From Squalus acanthias (Eukaryota): a stretch of DNA of 64,000 nucleotides. The notes under the pieces were generated by a model. That model saw nothing but the letters and a program-made list of their open reading frames with translations. It searched no databases and was not told the origin of the DNA. Of this stretch, positions 1 through 12,700 are shown piece after piece. Where the stretch lies: the NCBI GenBank assembly GCA_030390025.1, contig CM059431.1:150228001-150292000 (forward strand). Direction: 5' to 3'. Numbering within the stretch: the first letter of the stretch is position 1; each line of letters opens with the position of its first letter. The position numbers were made by a program, and so were the translations under genes.

Positions 1-2630
1 TCATTATCCAACATTCGATGGAATCGGGAACAGTTCCCTTGGATTGGAGGGTAGCTAATGTTACCCCACTATACAAAAAGGGTGGTAGAGAGAAAACGGG
101 GAATTACAGACCGGTAAGCCTGACATCGGTAGTGGGGAAAATTCTAGTGTTCATTCTAAAAGATGTAATAGCTGAGCACTTGGAAAAGAATGACAGGAAC
201 GGACAACGTCAACTTGGATTTACGAAAGGTAAATAATGCTTGACAAATCAACTGGAATTTTTTGAGGATGTAACTGGTAAAATAGATAAGGGAAAACCAG
301 TGGATCTGGTGTATTTGGACTTCCAAAAGGCATTTGATAAGGTCCCGCATAAGAGATTAGCGTGTAAAGTTAAGGCACATGGGATTGGGGGCAAGGTATT
401 GACTTGGATAGAGAACTGGTTGTCAGACAGAAAGCAAAGAGTTGGAATAAAAGGGTATTTTTACGAGAAGCAGGCAGTGACTAGTGGGGTACAGTAGGGA
501 TCGGTCCTTTGACCACAGCTATTCACAATATATATTAATGATCTAGACAAGGGAACTAGATGCAATATCTCCAAGTTTGCAGACGACACAAAACTGGGTG
601 GGCATGGGTGCTGCGAGGAGGATGCCGATAAACTACAGGATGATTTGGACAGGTTGGGTGATTGGGCAGAAGCGTGGCAGATGCAATGTAACGTGGATAA
701 ATGCGAGGTTATCCACTTTGGTGTCAAAAACAGAAAGGCAGATTATTATCTGAATGGCAATAGATTTGGAGAAGGGAAAGTGCAACGAGACCTGGGTGTC
801 CTTCTGCACCAGTCGCTGAAGGTAAGCATGCAGGTGCAGCAGGCGGTTAGGAAGGCAAATGGTAGGTTGGCCTTCATAGCGAGAGGGTTTGAGTACAGGA
901 ACAAGGATGTCTTGCTGCATTTGTACAGGGCCTTGGTGAGACCACACCTTGAGTAGTGTGCGCAGTTTTGGTCGCCTTATCTGAGGAAGGATGTTCTTGC
1001 CATGGAAGGAATTCAGCGAAGATTCACAAGGCTGATACCTGGGATGGCAGGAATGACGTATGAAGAGAGATTGGGTGGATTGGCCTTATACTCGCTGGAG
1101 TTTAGAAGATGAGAGGGGATCTCCTTGAAACTTATAAAATTCTGACAGGACAGGACAAAGTAGATGCAGGAAGGATGTTCCCGATGGTCGAGGAGTCCAG
1201 AATCAGGGGTCACAGCCAAAGGATAAGGGTTAAGCCATTTAGGACAGAAATGAGGAGGAATTTCTTCACCCAGAGAGTGGTGAAACTGTTATTCATTAAA
1301 TAGATTCAAGAAGGAGTTGGATATATTTTTAAGGCTAAAGGGATCAAGGGATATGGGGAGAAAGCAGGGACAGGGCACTGAATTTGGATGATCAGCCATG
1401 ATCGCATTGAATGGCGGAGCAGGCTTGAAGGGGCCGAATGGCCTACCCCTGGTGTATTTGGACTTCCAAAAGGCATTTGATAAGGTCCCGCATAAGAGAT
1501 TAGCGTGTAAAGTTAAGGCACATGGGATTGGGGGCAAGGTATTGACTTGGATAGAGAACTGGTTGTCAGACAGAAAGCAAAGAGTTGGAATAAAAGGGTA
1601 TTTTTACGAGAAGCAGGCAGTGACTAGTGGGGTACAGTAGGGATCGGTCCTTTGACCACAGCTATTCACAATATATATTAATGATCTAGACAAGGGAACT
1701 AGATGCAATATCTCCAAGTTTGCAGACGACACAAAACTGGGTGGGCATGGGTGCTGCGAGGAGGATGCCGAAAAACTACAGGATGATTTGGACAGGTTGG
1801 TTGATTGGGCAGAAGCGTGGCAGATGCAATGTAACGTGCATAAATGCGAGGTTATCCACTTTGGTGTCAAAAACAGAAAGGCAGATTATTATCTGAATGG
1901 CAATAGATTTGGAGAAGGGAAAGTGCAACGAGACCTGGGTGTCCTTCTGCACCAGTCGCTGAAGGTAAGCATGCAGGTGCAGCAGGCGGTTAGGAAGGCA
2001 AATGGTAGGTTGGCCTTCATAGCGAGAGGGTTTGAGTACAGGAACAAGGATGTCTTGCTGCATTTGTACAGGGCCTTGGTGAGACCACACCTTGAGTAGT
2101 GTGCGCAGTTTTGGTCGCCTTATCTGAGGAAGGATGTTCTTGCCATGGAAGGAATTCAGCGAAGATTCACAAGGCTGATACCTGGGATGGCAGGAATGAC
2201 GTATGAAGAGAGATTGGGTGGATTGGCCTTATACTCGCTGGAGTTTAGAAGATGAGAGGGGATCTCCTTGAAACTTATAAAATTCTGACAGGACAGGACA
2301 AAGTAGATGCAGGAAGGATGTTCCCGATGGTCGAGGAGTCCAGAATCAGGGGTCACAGCCAAAGGATAAGGGTTAAGCCATTTAGGACAGAAATGAGGAG
2401 GAATTTCTTCACCCAGAGAGTGGTGAAACTGTTATTCATTAAATAGATTCAAGAAGGAGTTGGATATATTTTTAAGGCTAAAGGGATCAAGGGATATGGG
2501 GAGAAAGCAGGGACAGGGCACTGAATTTGGATGATCAGCCATGATCGCATTGAATGGCGGAGCAGGCTTGAAGGGGCCGAATGGCCTACTCCTGCTCCTA
2601 TCTTCTATGATTCTATAATTCTATGATCTA
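1..2630 (+). mobile_element. CR1 LINE 3' part (RT domain, 3' UTR, (TTCTATGA)n-like tail), decayed, with an internal 1143-bp tandem duplication
   Basis: ORF fragments with CR1 RT motifs (NYRPVSLTSVVGK, YLDFQKAFDKVPH, LVRPHLE, MRGDLLETYKI); stops and frameshifts; tail at ~2602-2630; 306-1448 repeated at 1449-2591. Confidence 0.95.
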
Positions 2631-3683
2631 CCTTTAGCCCAGCAGACAAAAGCACCGACGAGGTACCAGGGACACACAGGACCAGAAGCTCTCAGGAAGC
2701 CTTCGTGTCCCGGGATTAGTCAGCATTTGGACCGGAGCAATTTCCTTCAATGCCCTTTATGTTAGAAAGGGGGAAATACCGCTTGGACTCCTGCTCCTGG
2801 TTAGATATCCATTAGATTTAGGACTGAAAATGAATGCAACGGCAAATTACAGAAACTGTAAACTTGGCGTGCATTAATTACAGCCAACTTTATTTAGAAT
2901 GTACGGCTGTATTATGAAAATACTGAGAAAATAAAGGCAAGTGCCCTGCAGTTATAAAGATAACTGGGATGTAAGAAGTGATTTGAAGTTTGAGCTTTCT
3001 ACAGTTATGTTGAAATACTCAAATTGTGGCTCATTGAAAGGAAGATTTTCCAAATAACATTGCAAAGAATGGACTCTGAATTAAAATAAATAGTTAAAAT
3101 TGACCAGGTAATAACCCACTAAATGCATTTATTAGCATCATAATCACGCGACTTATTCAGCAGGCAACGAGCCGTCGAACGATTTTGTAAAGTATCTGAA
3201 CTCAAATGGAAGTGATTTATCCTTGCACTTTTTCGCCTGTTGCTTTCCAACTTGTGCAGAGAATATTAGTCGAGAAAATATGAAAGGATTTTCTTATCCT
3301 CAGTAAATCAGTTACAATCAGCTGGGATTGTTTATTCTGCAGTACAGCAGGAGGCAATAGAGAATCACTCTGGGTTCACTGAGAGATCGACTGAACTGTG
3401 ACAGGCCGGCATGGGATCCAATTGTAAATTCAAAACAAAGATTGGAATTAAACTCATTGAAATATTTCTGAGTGAACGTTTTTTGAGAATGTAAATTATC
3501 CGACTAATCCTTTTCTATCCTTCAGAAGCAGTGCCACTAATGCAGAGCTGGAGATGGTGGGAAAGGAGCCAGTGACTGGAACTGAATGATTCGCGGATAT
3601 TTCAGACATTTAAAGATGTGAGTGTGATCTGCCAGGATTTGTTCCTGTGACTCTGTGTCAGTAACCATACCGAGCATTCGGTG

Positions 3684-3835
3684 AAAACAAAAGCAAATTA
3701 CTGCGGATGCTGGAAATCTGAAATAAGAACAGAAAATGTTTTCAGTACTCAGCAGGTCAGGCAAAATCTGTGCAGAGAGAGAGAGTTAGTTTCAAGTCGA
3801 TGATCTTTCGTCGTTAGTTGAAAATCTCCTCAACC
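3684..3835 (-). mobile_element. Penelope-like family A 3' terminal fragment with degraded hammerhead
   Basis: Reverse complement matches the terminal sequence of 24900-25035 (cctgctgagt...atttccagcatccgcagta). Confidence 0.7.
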
Positions 3836-4027
3836 AAGACAATATACTTCTGATCTGTTGCAAATGTTCAGTGCAGACAGCAGAACGGAATTCGTTTTGC
3901 AAAGAGTCTCGTCCGATATATTTTCTCAAGTTGAATATAGAACAATTGAATCTTATTAGCGCTGTATCACCTTCAGAATCAATAGCCGACAGCAGTGCCG
4001 ATGGGATGAGGAATGGCATGAAGAAAA

Positions 4028-4210
4028 ATACAGTTAAACATGATTTGTAGAATTAATAGCTGGATACAGAGATTTACCAGGAACACCACCATTAGCGAGG
4101 GTGTGTGGGGCAGTAAATGACAAGAACCGTAATACAGTTAGACATGATTTATAGAATTAACAGCTGGATACATATACTTACCAGGAACACCAACAGCAGT
4201 GAGGATGTGT
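4028..4210 (-). repeat. 104-bp tandem duplication of the GPR139-like exon-1 end plus splice donor (relic copies)
   Basis: Minus strand reads ...ggtgttcctg|gtaagt (donor 4176-4181) and ...ggtgttcctg|gtaaat (donor 4072-4077), followed by near-identical intron sequence; period 104 bp. Confidence 0.8.
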
Positions 4211-4335
4211 CAGTCTTTTTAAACAAATCTTGCATTAACGAAGATGCAACAACTTGAAACACAGAATATCATTAATAACAGAGTATTCCACGGTAAATTG
4301 CAAGAATAATATTAGATTGTAACATGGTTTCTCTA

Positions 4336-4980
4336 CTTAGGCAGTCCCTCCGAACCGAGGATGACTTGCTTCCACACTAAAAATGAGTTCACAGGTGACT
4401 GATGAGTCCAATGCGGACCTACAGTCTCTGTCACAAGTAGGGCAGACGATGGTTGACGGGGCGGGTGGTTGGGGTGCTTGGGTTGACGAGCGGTCCTTGC
4501 GCTGCTTGCGCTTGGCTTCCGCTTGCTCCCAGCGAAGAGACTCGAGGTGTTCGGCGCCTTCCCGGATGCTTCTCCTGCACTTTCTGCGATCTTGGGTCAG
4601 GCATTCCCAGATGTCGGTGAGGATGTTGCTCATTTTCAAGGAGGCTTTGAGGTTACCCTTGAAGCGTATCCTGTGCCCACCTGGGGCTATACTGCCGTGT
4701 CGGAGCTCCCAGTAGAGCGTTGCTTTGGGAGTCTCGTATCGGGCATGAGGGCGATGTGACCCTTCCATCGGAGCTGATCGAGCATGCTCCAAGCTTCGAT
4801 GCTGGGGATGTTGGCCTGAGCGAGAACACTGATTTGGTGCGCCGATGCTGCCAATGGATTAGCAGTATCTTGCGGAATCAGCGTTGGTCGTTGCTCTCCA
4901 GTGCTTTGAGGTGCCTGCTGTACATCGTCCACTTCTCTGAAGAATGCAGGAGGGCGGGTATCACTAAAGCTCTGGAGACT
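4336..4980 (-). mobile_element. RTE-clade LINE, 5'-truncated 3' end
   Basis: Frameshifted ORF pieces (QLRWKGHI, MPDTRLPKQ, C-terminal CPTCDRDC zinc finger); same family and 3' UTR as 62632-63134. Confidence 0.9.
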
Positions 4981-5018
4981 GTGGTTTATATAATTAAAAA
5001 TTGTTAATAAATACTTAC

Positions 5019-5865
5019 TATGAACATTAACAGCAGCGAGAAGGGGATAGTAAATATTTGGTAATCCTCTCCTTCCCTTTCAGTATTCCGAAGGAACCGC
5101 TCCCTCCACAATATTCTGGTCCACTCCTTAATCACCACCAACAGCCGCACCCATCCCCACGGAACCTCCCCGTGCAAACGCAGGAGATGCAACACCGGCC
5201 TTTTTACCTTCTCCCTTCCCACTGTCCAGGGCCCCAAACACTCCTTCCAGGTGAAACAGCGATTTACTTGTACTTCTTGCAATTTAGTATACTGTATTCG
5301 CTGCTGACGATGCGGTCTCCTCTACATTTGGGAGACCAAATGCAGATTGGGTGATCGGTATGCGGAACACTTCCGTTCATTCCATAACTGTATCGCTGAG
5401 CTTCAGGTTTCCTGTCACTTTAATTCTCTATTCCTCTCCCATTCTGACATCACCGGCCTCTGCTTCTTATACTGTACCAATGAAGCTCAACTTAAGCTCG
5501 AGGAACAGCACTTCATCTTTCTGTTAGGCACATTACAGCCTACTGGACTCAGCAGTGAGTACTGCAATTACAGACCATAACCTCGACCCCTTTTTTTCAG
5601 ACGGCAGCTGTTGACGATTCTCCCATCCCCATTTGAAACATTTAACCACTGCTGCCTTCCACCCTATCACAGTCAATCCCTTTTGTTCTTTCCTCTCCTA
5701 CCCGCTTTCCCTGAAGGGTCACAGACCTGAAACGTTAACTCTTTCTCTCTCTACGAATGCTGCCTGACCTACTGAGTGTTTTTCACATGTTCTGTTGTTA
5801 TTCCAAAGTACTGTAGTTAACTGACACTGTTCAAGAATACTTTCCATGGAGCTCCTCGAACCCAT
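5019..5865 (-). pseudogene. GPR139-like GPCR first coding exon, disrupted by a Penelope-like insertion
   Basis: MGSRSSMESILEQCQLTTVLW (5865-5803) ...insertion... LPNIYYPLLAAVNVH + a|GTAAGT donor at 5013-5018; homologous to the exon at 29607-29787; upstream DNA homologous to 29897-30110. Confidence 0.75.
5066..5802 (+). mobile_element. Penelope-like element family A, GIY-YIG endonuclease 3' fragment
   Basis: Homologous to the 23952-24578 ORF (GDRYAEHFRS, EEQHFIFLLGTLQPTGL); terminal hammerhead partly deleted at ~5710-5740. Confidence 0.9.
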
Positions 5866-5929
5866 GACATCTCTTCTGTGACAGGCTGGTGGTCTTTGTG
5901 CTGGAGGGAACGCGCTCATTGTGTGAGGT

Positions 5930-6085
5930 CACACAGTGAAAGGAGCTCATAATTTAGAGCAGAGGGAAATCCCCGAGTGACATCATTAGGCCTCACTGCA
6001 ACTGGCATTAATTACAGTCACTGAACAAACAGAATCATTGAGCCATTATCATCCCAACACTTCACTGCAACACAATCTAGCTCAC
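5930..6085 (-). promoter_or_regulatory. Putative proximal promoter of the GPR139-like paralog
   Basis: Aligns by eye with 29897-30110 (acaca[g/t]tgaaaggag, agagggaaa, cattaattacagtcactga-caaacag). Confidence 0.5.
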
Positions 6086-6489
6086 ATTATTGTACACAGC
6101 TTTAAATTAAAATGGAGCGTCTGCACGACATTTCACCCTCCCTCAGTCCAGGAATTTAATTCCCAGGGTAGCCGAGATTACACTGCTCCCGCCTTAGTTT
6201 AGGAATTTCATTCCCACGGCTGCCAAGGTTACATGTTCCTGCCTTAGTCCAGCAAGTTGTTCCCAGGGCATTCTATTTTCCTGAATCGAGGATAAGAAAA
6301 ACAAGGTGTTTCTAATGATTGAGATCAACCTGCCAATCTTGTAATGGTGATTTACCGAGCGGGAGAAAATAATAAAGCCAGCAAAGGTTTGACACAAAGG
6401 AATCAAAGGAAAACGCTTAAAATATTAATCAATAAATAAATATCTATTAAAATCTCAATACTCAATGAAAAACTCCGGAAACATTGAAT

Positions 6490-7200
6490 TCTCGGACAAT
6501 CATAGTCACAGAACCAATACTATCAATCAACATTCTCGAGTCCTCCATCACCATTCGAGTGTATATCCTGTTCCACCGGCAGGATAGACTCACCAGAGGC
6601 GGTGGCACAGGGATATGCAGTCGGCTGGGAGAGATCCTGCGAGTCCTCAACATTGCCTAAGGATATAATGAATTCTCATGGCTTCCAGTCAGATATGAGC
6701 AATGTCACTTCTTGATGATTACCGCCTACCGCCATCATTCTGCTGATGAATCATCACATATTCATGCTGAACACCAGTTGATGGGAGCACCGAGAGCAGA
6801 AAGAGCACAACATATAACGCTCTTGGTGGGGAGTGGGAGACTTCAATGTCCATCACCAAGAGTGACTCGGAAGCATCATCATTAACCAAGCCCTGAAGAA
6901 CAGAGCTGCCAGTATGGGATTGTGGCAGGTGATGGGAGAACCAACACGGGAAAATATCCTGCATGACGTCGTCATCACCAATCTAGATATCGCATATACA
7001 TCTGTCCATGAAAATATTAGTAGGACTGACTACTGCACAATATTTGTTTAGAATAAGTCTGGCCTTCACACAGAGGACACCATCCATCGTATTATTTGCC
7101 ACTACCATCGTGCTCAGTGGGAAGAAATTAGACAGATTGAAGCGATCCCACAACCATCATATCAGATTATTTCAAAGCTGTTATTTCCTTTCGTGAATGG
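6490..7200 (+). mobile_element. Decayed LINE apurinic endonuclease region (CR1/L2 group)
   Basis: Degenerate HRQDR-TRGGG, GDFNVHHQEW and REPTRGKNI-like motifs readable across frames. Confidence 0.7.
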
Positions 7201-7294
7201 TCATGAACAATTAAGTTGTTTCCCCATAGTCCTGAAAATGTCTCCGTTTCAAGTATATATCGAATTACCTTTTGAATATTTCAATTAAGAAAGA

Positions 7295-9575
7295 AAGATT
7301 TGCATTTATAGAGCACCTTTAACGACCAAAGAGAGCATCCTAAAGACGGCCCCTCCGACAGGACAGTACTCCCTCAGTACTGCCTCTACAACAGTCGAGC
7401 ACTCCCTCAGTACTTTCACTCTGACAGTGCAACACTCCGCCATTACTGTCCCTCGACAATACAGTGCTCCCTGCAGGTCGAACAGTGCAGCACTCGCTCA
7501 GTACTGCCCTTCCGACAGTGCAGCGCTCCCTCAGTACTGCCTCTCCGAATGTGCAGCGCTCCCTCAGTACTGACCCTACAACAGTGCAGCGCTCCCTCAG
7601 TACTAACCCTTCAACAGTGCAGCGCTCTCTCCGTACTGACCCTTCAACAGTGCAGCGCCACTTCAGTATTGCCCCTCCGACAGTGCAGCGCTGCCTCAGT
7701 ACTGCCCCTCCGACAGTGCAGCTATCCCTCAGTACTGCCCCTCCGACAGTGCAACGCTGCTGCAGTACTGACCCTACAACAGTGCAGCGCTCCCTCAGTA
7801 CTAACCCTTCAACAGTGCAGCGCTCCCTCCGTACTGACCCTTCAACAGTGCAGCGCCACTTCAGTATTGCCCCTCCGACAGTGCAGCGCTGCCTCAGTAC
7901 TGCCCCTCCGACAGTGCAGCGCTGCCGCAGTACTGCCCCTCCGACAGTGCAGCGCTCCCTCAGTATTGCCCATTTGACAGTGTAGCGCTTCCTCAGTACA
8001 GCCCCGCAGACAATGCAGCGCTCCCTCAGTAGTGACCCTCCGACAGTGCAGTGATCCCTCGGTACTATACCTACGGCAGTGCAGCGCTCCTTCAGTACTG
8101 ACCAACCGACAGTGCAGCGATCCCTCAGTACTGCCGCTCAGACAGTGCAGCGCTCCCTCAGTATTGCCCCTCCGCGAATACAGAGCTCCCTCAGTAATGA
8201 CCATCCGACAGTGCAGGGCTACCTCATCACTGCCACTCCGGCAGTGCATCGGTCCCTCAGTACAGCACTGCGACTGTGCAGCTCTCCCTCAGTACTGCCC
8301 CTCCGACAGTGCATCGCCCCCTCAGTACTGCCCCTCCGACAGTGCAGCTATCCCTCAGTACTGCCCCTCCGACAGTGCAGCGCTGCCGCAGTAATGCCCC
8401 TCCTACAATTCAGCGCTGCCGCAGTACTGCCCCTCCGACAGTGCAGCGCTCCCTCAGTACTGCCCATTTGACAGTGTAGCGCTTCCTCAGTACAGCCCCT
8501 CAGACAGTGCAGAGCTCCCTCAGTACTGACCCTCCGACAGTGCAGTGATCGCTCGGTACTACCCCTACGACAGTGCAGCGCTCCTTCAGTACTGACCAAC
8601 CGACAGTGCAGCGATCCCTCAGTTCTGCAGCTCAGACAGTGCAGCGCTCCCTCGGTATTGCCCCTCCGCGAATACAGAGCTCCCTCAGTAATGACCATCC
8701 GACAGTGCATGGCTCCCTCAGCACTGCCACTCCGGTAGTGCATCGGTCCCTCAGTACAGCACTGCGACTGTGCAGCTCTCCCTCAGTATTGCCCCTCCGA
8801 CAGTGCATCGCCCCCTCAGTACTGCCCCTCTAACAGTGCAGCGCTCCTTCAATAATGCCTCTGCAACAGTAGAGCTCTCCCTCAGTACTTTCACTCTGAC
8901 AGTGCAACACTCCATCAATACTGTCCCTCGAAAAAACAGTGCTCCCTGAACTTCCAACAGTGCAGCACTCGCTCAGTACTGCTCTTCCGACAGTGCAGCG
9001 CTCCCTCAGTACTAACCCTTCAACAATAAAGCGCTCCTACGGTACTGCCCATTTGACAGTGCAGCTCTTCCTCAGTACAGCCCCTCAGACAGTGCAGCGT
9101 TCCCTCAGGACTGACCCTACGACAGTGCAATGATCCCACGGTACTGCCCCTCCTACACAGCAGCGCTCCTTCAGTACTGACCCTCCGACAGTGCAGCGAT
9201 CCCTCAGTACTGCCGCTCAGACAGTGAAGTGATCCCTGTGTACTGATCCTCCGACAGTGAAGCTCACCTTCAGTACTGACCCACCAACAGTGCAGCGCTC
9301 CCTCAGTACTGTCCCTCCATCAGTGCAGTGTTACGTCAGTACAGCCCCTCCGACAGTGCAGCGCTCCCTCAAAACTGCCCCTCCGACAGTGACGCGCTCC
9401 CTCAGCACTGCCCCTCCGACAGTGCAGCGATAGCTCAGTACTGCCCCTCCGACAGTGCAGCGCTCCCTAAGTACTGCACTGGAGTGTCATCCTAGATTTT
9501 TGTAATCACGTCGCTGGAGTTGGAATTGAACACACAACCTTCTGACTCAGAGGCGAGTTTGCTATCAACAGAGCC
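7295..9575 (-). mobile_element. tRNA-headed Deu-domain SINE (SacSINE1-like), internally deleted, containing an expanded 33-bp minisatellite
   Basis: tRNA-like head at 9480-9575 and tail at 7295-7345 match the intact copy at 27537-27995. Confidence 0.8.
7350..9476. repeat. 33-bp minisatellite (cagtactgcccctccgacagtgcagcgctccct)n, about 64 diverged units with higher-order duplications
   Basis: Period read directly; variant blocks repeat at offsets 198, 494 and 1475 bp. Confidence 0.97.
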
Positions 9576-9702
9576 GATTGAATCTGCTTCCACCAGCCTT
9601 TCAGAGATTCCATTCCAGATCACCTCACTGCGTGATCAATGTTTGGCCATTTGGTAATAACATGTCAGCCAGTGGAAAAATTCCCCCTTACTTACTCTAT
9701 CA

Positions 9703-12700
9703 TAAGAACATATGAAATAGGATCAGGAATAGGCCACTTGGTCCCTCGAGCCTGCTCCGCCATTGAATAATTTCATGGCTGATCTTGGGCTCAAAGACTC
9801 TTCGCAGCCCGCTCCTCATAACCCTTCACTCCCTTACCTCGGAAAAATGTTTATATATCCACTTTAAATGTATTTAATGACTCAGTCGCCACAGCTCTCT
9901 GGGGCAGATAATTCCACAGATTTACGACCCTCTGAGGGAAGAAGTTCCTCCTCATCTCAGTTCTAAAAGGCGACCCTTTATTCTGAGACTGTGGCCCCGA
10001 GTTCTAGATTTCCCCACGAGTGAAAACATCCTCTCTGCATCGATCCTTTCGAGCCCCTTCAGTATCTTATATGTTTCAATAAGATCAGCACTCATTTATC
10101 TTAATTCCAATGAGTATTGGCCCAGCCAGCTCAACCTTTACTCATAAGTCAACACCCTCATCTCTGGAATTAAACTAGTGAATCGTCTCTGAACTGCCTC
10201 CAATGCAAGTATATCCTTCCTTAAATAAGGAGACCAAAACTGTACGCAGTACTCCAGGTGTGGTTTCAACAATAACTTGTACAGTTGTACCAGGACGTCA
10301 CTGCTTTTATACTCCAACCCCCTTGCAATAAATCCAACATTCCATTTGCCTTTTTGATTATTCTCTGTACCTGCATGCTAACCTTTTGTGTTTCATGCTC
10401 AATGACTCACAGGTCCCTCTGATCGGTAGCATTTTGTAATCTCTCTCCATTTAAATAATAGTTTGCTTTTTTATTTTTCCTGCCAAAGTGGATAACCTCG
10501 CACTTTCCCACATTATACTCCATCTGGCAATGTTTTGCCTACTTACCTAACCTGTCTATATCCCTTTGCAGATTCTTTGAGTCCTCTGCACAACTTGCAT
10601 TCCAACCCATCGTTGTATCATCCGAAAACTTGGCTACATTCCACTCGGTCCCTTCATCTTAGTCGTTAATGTAGATTGTAAATAGTTGAGGCCCCAGCAC
10701 CGATCCCTGTGGCACCCCACTAGTTACCGTTTGCCGACCAGAAAATGACCCATTTACCCCGACTCTCTGTTTTTTGTTAATTAGCCAATTCTCTATCCTT
10801 GCCAATATGTTACCACCAACTCCGTGAGCTCTTAGCTTATGCAGCAACCTTTTATGTGGCACCTTATAGAATGCCTTCTGGAAATCCAAATGCACCACAT
10901 CCACTTACTCACCCTTGTCCACCCTGCGTGTTACATCCTCCAAAAAATCCAGCAAATTTGTTAAACATGATTACGCTTTCCTAAATCCATGCTGAATCTG
11001 TTTGACTACAGTATGTTCTTCTAAAGCCATGCAACTGCTTCCTTAATGAAGGACTCCAGCATTTTCCCAACAGCAGATGTTAGGCTAACTGGCCTATAGT
11101 TTCATGCTTTCTGTCTCCCTCATTTCTTAAATAGGAGTGTCAAATTAACCGTTTTCCAATCCGCTGAGACCTCTCCAGATTCCAGGGAATTTTGGTTTAT
11201 TGCACCCAATGCATCCATTATCTCTGCAGCCACTTCTTTTACGACTCTAGGATCCAGGCTATCTGGTCCAGGGGACGTGTCGTCTTTTAGTCCCATTATT
11301 TTACAGAGTACCATTTCCTCAGGAATAGTGATTGTCTTTCGTTCCCCACTCCCTGTGGCACTTGATTATCCATTATTGGGATGTTGTTAGTGTTTTCTAC
11401 AGTGAAGACAGATGCAAAATATTTGTTCAGGCGTCTCTGCCATTTCCCCATTATTAATTCCCCAGTCTCATCCTCTAAGCGACCAACCTTTACTTTAGTT
11501 ACCCTCTTCCTTTTTATGTATCTGTCGAAGCTCTTACTATCTGTTTTAATGTTATTTGCCAGCTTACTCTCATAATTTATCTTCTCTCTCTTTATTATTG
11601 TTTTAGTCATCCTTTGCTGTTTTTTTAAAAAATTGCCAATCCTCTGGTCTCCCACCAATCTTGGCAATATTGTATGCCTTCGTTTTCAATTTGATACCAT
11701 CCTTTATTTTCTTATTTAGCCACGGAGTGTGCACCTTTCTATTAAAACCTTTCTTTCTCCCTGGAATATATTTTTCTTGAGAGTTATGAAATATCTCCTT
11801 AAATGTCACCCACTGCATGTCAACTTCCTTATCCTTGAATTTGTTTTTCCAGTCCACTTTAGCCAGTTCTGCCCTCATGCCATTTTATTTGCCATTGTTT
11901 AACATCAGGACACTGGTTTGGGATACATCCTTCTCACCCTCCAACTGAATTTAAAATTCAAACATACTATGATCACTCTTTCCTAGAGGATCCTTTATTA
12001 TGAGATCATTTATTAATTCTGTCTCATTACATAGTACCAGATCCAAGATAGCCTGCTCCCTGGTTGGTTCCATTACATACTGTTCTAGGAAAATATCCCG
12101 GATGCACTCTATGAATTCCTCCTGCAGGCTACCATGGCCAATTTGATTTGTACAATCAATATGGAGATTAAATTCACCCATGATTATTACCGTACCTTTT
12201 TTACAGGCTTCCATTATTTGTTGATGTATACTCTGTCCAACAGCATTGCTACTGTTCGGGGGCCTGTAGACTACTACCACCAGAGACTTCTTCCACTAAT
12301 TATTTCTTATCTCCACCCAAACCGGTTCTACATCTTGATCTTCTGAGCCAATATCACTTGTCACCACTGCACTGATCCCATCTTTTTACAACAAAGCCAC
12401 CCCACCACCCTTTCCTTTCTTTCTATCCTTCCGAATACGCATATACCCTGCAATATTCAGTTCACAGCCCCGGTCGCCTTGCAACCACGTCTCTGTAATG
12501 ACGATCAGATCAGACTTATTTTTATCTATTTGAGCCTTCAACTCATCTATCTTGTTACGAATGCTGCGAGCATTCAGATATAGAAATTTTAACTTTGTCT
12601 TTTTACCATTTTCGTTGTTTTGGCCTTTTTTTCTATTACACTCTTATTTTTAAGCATTCTGTCCCTTCCTATCACAGTCTGGTTATTATCTCCCCCATTT

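Noticed and set aside
6194..6406. Minus-strand ORF containing LAAVG as a possible GPCR exon
   Set aside because: No YYP or GVP|GT context and no transmembrane pattern
7464..9133. ORFs of (TVQRSLSTAPP)n / (QCSAPSVLPLR)n
   Set aside because: Translation artefacts of a 33-bp repeat, open in several frames and on both strands
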